From the human T2T-CHM13v2.0 reference genome, Homo sapiens: a DNA stretch of 64,000 bases. A model generated the notes under the pieces. It worked only from the letters and a program-made list of their open reading frames with translations. It was not told the DNA's origin and ran no database searches. Where the stretch lies: NCBI RefSeq assembly GCF_009914755.1, contig NC_060934.1; one strand, given 5' to 3'. The position numbers and the translations under genes are program-made. Every line of letters begins with the position of its first letter. Position 1 is the first letter of the stretch. Of this stretch, positions 55,611-64,000 are shown one piece after another.

Positions 55611-58296
55611 GTGCTAGACAGCACCTCCATTCTTGGCCACTAGATCAATAGATAGGGTTAATGCACAACAGGATATAACCAGCAATTTCTGGGCTTGTTA
55701 AGGAGGAAAGGGACTATAAAAAGAAGTGAAGACCTAGCAAACATATACAGACAGAATTTGGGAGAGTGTATTTGGAACTAGATTCTGAGGGTGTGGAATA
55801 AAGTGTGGTAGAATATAGAGTTCGACTTGGGAGAGTTTCTTGACATGAAGCTACTTTCTTGGGATTTGAAGAAAGTGAGGCCCTTCACTGAGTGAAGAAG
55901 AAATGCCAGAATTTTTATGGAAGAAGGTAGATGAAGGAATCAAAAGACATAGAGAAGTGGTCTTAGAATTACATACCATATAAGTTTTGAAAATCCACTA
56001 GATGAATGTTTTTCCATCGGAAGATTTGAAAGACCATCCATTTATCAAAGCAATGAGGAATGTGCTGCTGAACAGGGAGCCAGTGTCACTGAGAAGCTCA
56101 GAGGTCTCTATCCTCTCCTGCCCTGGGTTACTATGTAGTCTGAAGAGATGAAGGCCACCTGGGCATCCCACAGAGCATCACAATAATGAATTTATTGATG
56201 ACATCATGCTAATCAGACCAGATAAGAAGTGACAAGTTCACTAGAGGACTTGGTAAAAGACATGCACTTCAGAGAGTGGGTTATAAAACCCATGAATATT
56301 TGGAAACTTGCTACATCAGTAAATTATTTAGGGATCCAATGAGCCATGCTAGGAAATCACCTCCAAAGTAGAGGACACTATTGCATCTCACAATGTCTGA
56401 AGAAGCAGCACATGAAGAAGGAAGCACAATGCTTAGCAGAACTTTTTGGCTTTTGGAGGCAGCAGTTGTATCTTTGGAATACTGTACTGACACACATATT
56501 GGAGCACATGAAAAGCATCAGGAAAAGGCTCTGTAGTAGAACCAGGCTCTGGTACAAGCAGCCCTGCTGCTTGTTCTATATGACATGTAGGGCCCTGTGT
56601 ATTAGAAATGACTGTTAGGAAAAAATGCAGGAGGAATTTCTAGCAAGGCTAAGTAGGAGACTCACAATGTCATAGTGCAGTGTTCTGGAGCATGACAAGG
56701 TAATCTGCAGTAATGTATTAAGCTTTTAAAACCAGCCCTTGGCAGGTAACTGAACCCTAATAGATACAGGATATTTGATAATGAGAAATTAAAGTCCATT
56801 CAGGCAGAAGTGTTCACCATGAGTTGGGTTCAGATACACCCTCCAAACCACAAGAGCACGAAGGCCCAGCAATAATGCACACTAAGATGGAAGTGGTACA
56901 TCCAGAGTCAGGCATGAGCGGAGCTAGAGGGCACAGGTAAACTGCAGGTGGCCTAGACTCCTGTATTATTCACCACTATTGCCCCGGTGACTTTCTACCA
57001 GTCCCTGCTTGTGGCTGCATGAAAGGTCCCCATAATTCTCTGTTAGAGAAGCATGAAATCCAAGCTTTGTTATTCTATACAATCAAGCAGACTAAATGAC
57101 TTGGCCAATTGATAGCAGTCAGCCTCTGTAATTGGCCACCCCAGTGCTGTCACAACAAACTCCTGAGCCAAGTAGCTATGGTGGCAGACATGGAAGCAAT
57201 GTTTGGGACCAACAGCTTGAGCTCCCGTTTACAATGTCTGTTCTAACTAATCTAGATGCTGAATGCCCAACTATCCAGATAGAGACAATACTGAGTAGGA
57301 CATCATCCTTTGAGAAGAACTAACTACCTACCTGGTGCCAAGTGTGTCCATTTATCCTCTTCCATTCTGTAAAGGATAGTAAGTCCTCTTGATGTGAATA
57401 GGTATTTTTTTCAAATTCAAGGAATAAGTTTAATTTTGGGGCTAATGGACCCTCCGTTAGCCAGTACTACTATAATAAGTCTTAGAAAATGTATGATTCA
57501 CCACTGTGGGCTGCCATATGAGACTGCATTAGAGAAATTGCCCTACTTTTCAGCAAAGGAGGTGCAGCAGTGCACATATGACCATGCTATCCATTGCTTC
57601 AATTACAAACACACCACCCAGAAGCTGCTGGCCTGCCAAAGTGATGAAACAGCTTGTTGAGGGTATAATTAAATCCCCAGCTTGGAGTGGACACCTTGTG
57701 AGGGTAGGCACCAACTTCTAAGATGATGTATGTCTTCTAAATCAATGCTTTTTATCTTGTCTGATGTGTCTAACAGCTAGAGTACGTGGGTCTGGTAAGT
57801 AAGGGGTAGAAATAGTGGTAGTCTACCACAGAATCACTCCCAATGACCCACTTGGAATGATTTGTTTTCTGTCTTCCCAGTCCTGGGCTCTGCAGGTTTA
57901 AAAGACTTGGCTGTCAGAGAATGAATGCATCTAAAAGGAAAACACTAAGAGAACCATTAAATTGTAAGCTATGACTGCATCCCCATTACTTTGGGCCCCT
58001 TGAACTGAGGGACCAGCAGGAAAGGGGAGATGTTGTAGGTGTTGTCATGATAGCAAGACTAATGAATATGATCACTGGGAGGAAGTAGAGATAATTTTCT
58101 ACCATGAAGATGAAGAAAAATATGATCCACATTTTTGTCTCTTGACACCAATGTGGGCAGTTAATAGACAAGAGCAACAGCCACAGCCTGAGAAGGGTCT
58201 CAAGCTCTTAGGAATACAGATCTGAGTTTCCTCACTAGCAAGCAAACTAGACAAGCAAAGAGGAATCTAGAATGCATAGTATAAAAAGGAGGTGAT

Positions 58297-58441
58297 GGCC
58301 AGCCATGGTGGTTCACGCCTGTAATCCCAACACATTGGGAGGCCAAGGCAGGAGGATCGCTTGAGGCTAGGAGTCCAAGACTAGCCTGGGCAACACAGCA
58401 AGACCCTGTCTCTAAAAAAAAAAAAAAGGTAAAACAAAAAG
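58297..58441 (+). mobile_element. FLAM_C-like Alu monomer
   Basis: Single left monomer plus A tail; perfect TSD aaaggaggtgat 58285-58296 / 58442-58453. Confidence 0.9.
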
Positions 58442-60939
58442 AAAGGAGGTGATGAGTGTAGTTGTGGCCTCAAGACAAGAGGCAGTGGCAGGGGTAATTT
58501 TTCCTATACTTCCTCTTGTAAGTTTACTTTAATGAAAGACGTCACCTGAATCCTGAAGAAGTGGCTTCCAGAACATATATGAAGCAAGTGAATCCAAGTG
58601 ACTCATGGGAAAAGCTGCTGTGGATGCTGTGTGGCACCTTCTAATCCCCCCACTTCAGAACTGAAGTTCTTATTCCTCTAACTGCACATGGTTTTGGAGA
58701 CTAATATTTTACACGTGTATCCTCCAGATCTTGCCTTCGGCTGAATAGAAACACCTTGCCCAACATCGTACCCTCTTCTCTGGGGGCAAATGTGGAAATA
58801 TAAAGGCCCAACACAGCTGTACCCAAATTTAGAAAAACTTCAGAGAGTCTTTCCAATCTCAGGGTTCCCCTTAAGATCAGCTGAGTCCTTTGTTATGACT
58901 GCATCACAACTGAAATTTCTTCTTAACAATTCTACTTCCTTCACTTTTTCTGTGGGTGTTGATCCTGAGACCTTTCCTTAAAATTGTTTCCAGAGTCTAC
59001 TTCCTGGGTGCCCTGAGTTTTGACAGCTTCCCTCCCCAAACTGCACCATCCCTACCTTAAAACTCACTCTTCTACTGCCCCCTAACATACTTGCACACAG
59101 GCTGAATAGTCTAAAATTCCTAATTTCTTTCCCTGCCTTCCCACTAAGTGAAGGTTCGTTTTTAATTTGTGGTACTGATTTTGCTTTCTCTGTTCAGTAA
59201 ACTTGCCCTTTGCAATTAATTCCAAGGTTGTAGTGCCTGTGTCCAAGTGAAAGTAAAAACATGGTATGCATTATTTGCCCGTTTCAATAATGTCAAACCT
59301 CTTGCACCTGATGTGTTTGACGGATTCTAAATTGAGAAGCATTTGAATTGAGAAGACCTGAGCCTTGTAAATGTACTTGTCACTGCTGAGACATCATCCT
59401 CAAAGACAGCATGAGCTGAGGATGCACAGAGGGCACGCCACCTAAGTAAGATGAACACGAAGAGGCATTTTGGAATTCTGTTTTATGCATTAGCAAATAA
59501 ATAAGCCCAGCTCAACCTATATGGGAGAAATTAGGGAAAAAGGGGCAAAGTGTAGCCTGAAGTCTTTACTCACAGGGGTCACTCCCAGGGCTTTTCATCT
59601 TGAAATTTTTTAAAAAAATAACTATTAATTTTCTCCAGCAGAGTGTCTTGCTGTCACCCAGAGCGGGAATACCAGCCATCGTGGCTGACATCTTTTCTCT
59701 CACGGTATTTAGTAAAATTAAACTGCCAGTCTTCACTTCTCCTGATGGCTTCAGTACTGTACACTTTTCTCATTGAAGTTTTGTTTTTTCCTTCTTTTCA
59801 TTAATTTTAAAGAAGGTCTTGGTGGGTTTAAAGCCCTTATGTTCAGATTGGCATCTCTTGATGAGACCTAGGATACTGCAGGTAAAGACATCAGGACAAA
59901 TGAAGGTTGGCAGCATAAAAGAACACATTTTCTCCTTTAATGACTTGAAATTTTCTGAGTAGAGAAGGCTTGGGCGAGTTCTAAGCCCAAAGAAGGCTTC
60001 ATTGTTGCTGAGGGGTAGACCTGTGAACTGTGTCCCAGGATAATTCAGACTGGAGATGAGGAGTGATCTTCCTGCCAGACAAGTAGGGTTGCTTGCAGGA
60101 CAAGTATTCACTCACCCAGGTGATCACATCTCCAAACTGCTCCACCAGAGGCATCCCTGGAGGTGGCATTGTGTTACCCTTGTTATCGGTTCATTTGCTG
60201 GAGCTACATCACAGAGTGTGTTTCATGGATTCAGGACCTGATACAGCCCTCGAATCAACTGGACTCTTCAAATTTAGCAACACGGTGTAGAAATTGTTGA
60301 AGCTGCCATTGCACTCACTCACCTTCTCACATCAAATCACCCATCCAGCTTGATTTTCATTAAATCATCCATTAGGCTAGTTTGCTGTGGAGGGTCTCCT
60401 CATTCAATTTCTTGGTCTTTTCTTACCTCTTATTTTCTCATTTACATAGACTCCTAAAGCACTCATGCTGCATTCCTTAGGCCCAGCCCAGAATCACATT
60501 CTGTTCTTTCTCTAATGTTATTATTCTCATTTCAAACCCATATCCCTTTACCCTCCTAATAGCTAAATTTACATTCCCTAATTATATTCAGAAAGTTGTA
60601 TGGCTATCAATGAGTTATACCTCTTTAGAAACCAGTTTACTTAGCTAAGAGTTAGAGGAAAGCACACTAATAAAAGAGATTCAGCTAGAGATAAGAATGA
60701 AGTTTTATCTCATATGGAATATTTACCTTTTAAAGGAGAGTACGTACTAACCCAAGCCTGCATTCCCTAAAAACATACTTTTGTCTTATTCATGTTTCTC
60801 TGTCCCTCTGTATTTTCCACAGTGCATTGAATAAGTGGAGAGTTCAAATAAAAGTTGAATTCACTGCAATCAAATGGAATTAACGTTAATGAAATAAACT
60901 CTATGGAACATATTCCACGTAGCTGCTTATCTTTGCAGT

Positions 60940-61165
60940 TAAAATCAGAAAGACTCAGAATCTGATTTTAGCTATCATCATATAATTGGGTAAGTGTGTG
61001 TTTGGGACAAATAATGCCACACTCCTGTTTCAATTTCCTCATCTATAAAATGGGCATAATAATATTACCTATCTCAGAAGATTGATATGGGGATTGCATG
61101 AGATATTCATAATATGCTCCGCATGTAACATTCACATAGGTAATGCATGTTAATAATAATAACAA
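60940..61165 (+). mobile_element. MIR
   Basis: tttcaatttcctcatctataaaatgggcataataatattacctatctcag. Confidence 0.78.
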
Positions 61166-61367
61166 TAATAGGAATAATAATACAAATAGTTATTTCCATC
61201 TCTTGTGACTGTGGACTTAGGGTCAATTTAGTGGGTCAATCCTTAACTATTTCTTTGATTCCTTTGAAGTGCAAGAAAAACAGAATTTCTAATATGTAAA
61301 ATCCCATTATTATTTCTAAAAATAATACAAGGGAGTGAGATCATTGTGTCTGAATCTTATTAAAATA

Positions 61368-61530
61368 GAGCAGTTGGAAAACTTTTTCTGTAAAGACCTA
61401 GACAGTAAATAATTTAGGTTTTGAAGAAAACACATAGCCTCTGTCATAAATATTCAACTCTGCCATTGAACCATAAATGAATGGGCATGGCTGTATTCCA
61501 ATAAAACTTTATATATACAACAACAGGAAG
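61368..61530 (+). mobile_element. MER58A hAT-Charlie element
   Basis: aaactttttctgtaaag...gtaaataatttagg...tcaactctgccattg...aatgggcatggctgtattccaataaaacttta. Confidence 0.8.
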
Positions 61531-61703
61531 TGACCTGAAGGAAGTGAAGCCAAAGGAAAGTACTGAGTAAGTGAAATTCACCATTGAGTGATGCCTCATT
61601 TGAATGACTTTCAAGGCCTTGTTTTCCATCCAGCATCAGGAAGACACCACTCTATCCTAATAATTAACTGTACATATGTGCTCAACAACAACAAAAACAA
61701 ACT

Positions 61704-61704
<1 letters not shown>

Positions 61705-61746
<42 letters not shown>
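61705..61746. repeat. (CA)21 microsatellite
   Basis: Read directly; perfect repeat that runs into CACGTG. Confidence 0.95.
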
Positions 61747-61750
<4 letters not shown>

Positions 61751-63289
61751 TGGATTTGGTCCCTGGGTTACAGTTTGCGTAGTGCATTTGTGGTCACGGT
61801 GGAATAGGTGAATCAGGGTTGATTCACTATAATTTCCATTAAGGGCTGACTCTAGAGTTCCTCTAGAGTTAAGGAACTCTAGAAAAGGCCATCCTCTTCC
61901 CACACAGAGGTGACATAGTTATATCAAGAAATACACGCTTGGCACAGAGGCTAGTAAGATATAAATTGAAAGACAATACTAGGACATGCAGCCAAGGTAA
62001 ACGGATTCAACAACTAACTTCAGTATGTCAATCTAGTGTTTTCAGGTTATGTTTCTTTGCTGAGGAAATGCTTGATTAGAAAATTAGTTACTGTACTGGG
62101 CCTCCAGTTTTAGTCCATTGGACCTTAAATGAAAAATAAAGGGTAGAAAGGATTTGCTGTTTTTCTGTACACATACAAATGAGCGAGAATCCAGGGAGGA
62201 AAATATTAAGTCTTCAATTTTTGATGTGCATTGTCTCATACCCAGAATGCCTTCTTTCATTAGGCTATTTATAGGATGTGTTCACAGCTGACTTAATTAT
62301 GACACAAAATCAGTGAATGGGAGAGGCTTACCCCACTGAGAAAGAGAGAAAGACTAAAAGAGGGAAACCTGAACTCCAACCAGGCTACCACTGAAAGTTT
62401 ACATGGGAGAGCTCTGGCCATGCCACCAAGCTCCCTGATTTTTTCCTCCAGCCTTTCAGTCTAGGTAAAAACAGTGCAGACTTCAAAACAAGTCTAGTAG
62501 TCCCCACTTCTGAGGAGACTCCACACTTTAAAAAAAGAGAAATTTAATGGCAGAAACTGTCACCAATTAAGATAATTAAAATGATCAAGCAACCAGAATA
62601 GAATCATCAATATTGGACAATATTCCACAGTCTCTGACCAGCCTCAACAAAGTAACAAAAGTACCAAATTCTTTAGAAAATCACTTCTCAGTGATTATTT
62701 ATACATAAAGTTACACTAGTTCAATCTGAGTCTGATGATAATAGATCAAACATAATTATAAATTGCTCAACCTTCATGAGCACACCCCTAGCTTAATCTG
62801 TATATGGCCAGATAACAGTATGTGGATTTTTTTTTTTCCTTTTAAAATTTGAGGCTGTGGTTGGAAATACAAATTGCCAAACAAAACCAAATTACAGAAA
62901 CCAGTCTATTACAGCTTTCAGAGAATCATAAGGGACATTAAACTTGAATGAACATTACAAGAGCTAAAACTCAGCTTGAATTGAGGCACGTTCATTTCAA
63001 TTGTATTTGATTATTCTTGTTATATTATTACTATGTTCATAACTGTTGTGATATTTCAGTACAGAGTGATTTCTCCCCAAATGTAATGTGGCTTGAAATC
63101 AAGAATGCCAACAGTGGTTTGTGTTGAGCCCCATTTTAGAGGCAATTCCTCAGGCAGTAGTTCATTCTGGAAGCTCAAAGCAATTTGCTGGTCAGAGCTT
63201 GAGCACTTGTAATTGGAGAGAAAGATCCTTTGGAAAAAACCACCAAATTTAAGCCTAAGCATTATCTTTAATAATTGCATCTTCATGTG

Positions 63290-63825
63290 CTGGTGCTGCA
63301 ACTACATAATGTACCAGGCCTTCGGACAAGGTGCTATCTCTGTTGTAAATGCCTCCCTTCCTTTAGTCTTCCTGGTAAATTCTTCCTCTTCGTTCAGGTT
63401 TCACCTCTAATAGACGTTCCCTTTTATTTCTCCATGTAGGGTTGATTATAAAAAATGTATAAATAATAATGATAACATTTATTGTTTTCATGTGTGTAAA
63501 ACTATAGGTTTTATCTATAATATGTTGCATTTTAATGCAAATTAAAATATAGATTTTAATCTTCTGTTTACATACCCACCTTCTGCAACAGACTATTACT
63601 TTCTCAAGAGGGGAAATGTTCTTTGCTCAACTTTGTATTTGCAGTATTCAACAAAGTGATGACACCGAATAGACATAATAAATATTAATTGAGTAGATTT
63701 CTACCACTGTGAAATGAGGATGATGGTATCTGTGCTTTCCATCTTATGGATTTGTTGTAAGAATCAAGTAAAATAATGTGTATGAAAGTTCTGTGTTGAC
63801 TAAAACATACTCTGCACATATCAGA
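63290..63825 (+). mobile_element. L2 and MIR fragments
   Basis: gtaaatgcctcccttcct...ggtaaattcttcctcttcgttcagg (L2); ctgtgaaatgaggatgatggtatct...gttgtaagaatcaagtaaaataatgtgtatgaaag (MIR). Confidence 0.55.
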
Positions 63826-64000
63826 AGTTCTGCTAATCTCTCAACTAGACAAATATCATCTGTATTAGCAATCACAGAGATCCTTGTTAAAACAGCTGGA
63901 ATCTCAGTGTGGTGAGAACCCAAGCTCCTTTCCTCCTCAGCTGCTCAATAAGAATAGAAAAATCTAACGCATCCTATGTTAAAAAGCTGAAGTGTCCATT

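Larger units (their letters stand above)
53808..59025 (+). mobile_element. Decayed ERVL provirus: LTR16C (53808-54245), ERV3-16A3-like internal, LTR16C (58616-59025)
   Basis: Paired LTR16C-like ends; internal start gttgtgactaggggtggtctgaaag...gaggaccccatcactggtg; RT motif tttattgatgacatcatgcta = FIDDIML at 56191; integrase-like caccacccagaagctgctggcct. Confidence 0.8.

Noticed and set aside
56120-57800. Domesticated ERVL pol or integrase gene
   Set aside because: The RT motif is recognisable (FIDDIML), but the frames are full of stops and frameshifts, and the protease and N-terminal RT appear deleted

Overview
This window is primate (human-like) non-coding DNA, AT-rich and CpG-depleted, either intergenic or deep intronic. 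Well over half is recognisable interspersed repeat: L1s of several ages, Alu/FLAM, MIR, L2, MaLR LTRs (THE1/MST/MLT1), three decayed class III ERVL proviruses with flanking LTRs, and Tigger/MER DNA transposons. I can support no host protein-coding exon, RNA gene or CpG island. The recognisable ORFs in the track are L1 ORF2 remnants or Alu/LTR read-throughs, and the rest are short and unrecognisable. I found no new gene system. The clearest unexplained signal is a set of locally templated insertion scars. One is a ~60 bp patch inside a THE1 internal region, copied repeatedly from flanking DNA 1.6 kb away. Another is a 93 bp inverted copy of an L1's own upstream sequence with junction microhomology, and there are several short snap-back patchworks. 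The two sister LTRs of one THE1B element also differ at a single base, giving a DUX4 motif in one and an AP-1 motif in the other. Two motif-dense unique patches are candidate enhancers. Subfamily names come from my recall of consensus sequences, not from a RepeatMasker run, and boundaries are approximate.
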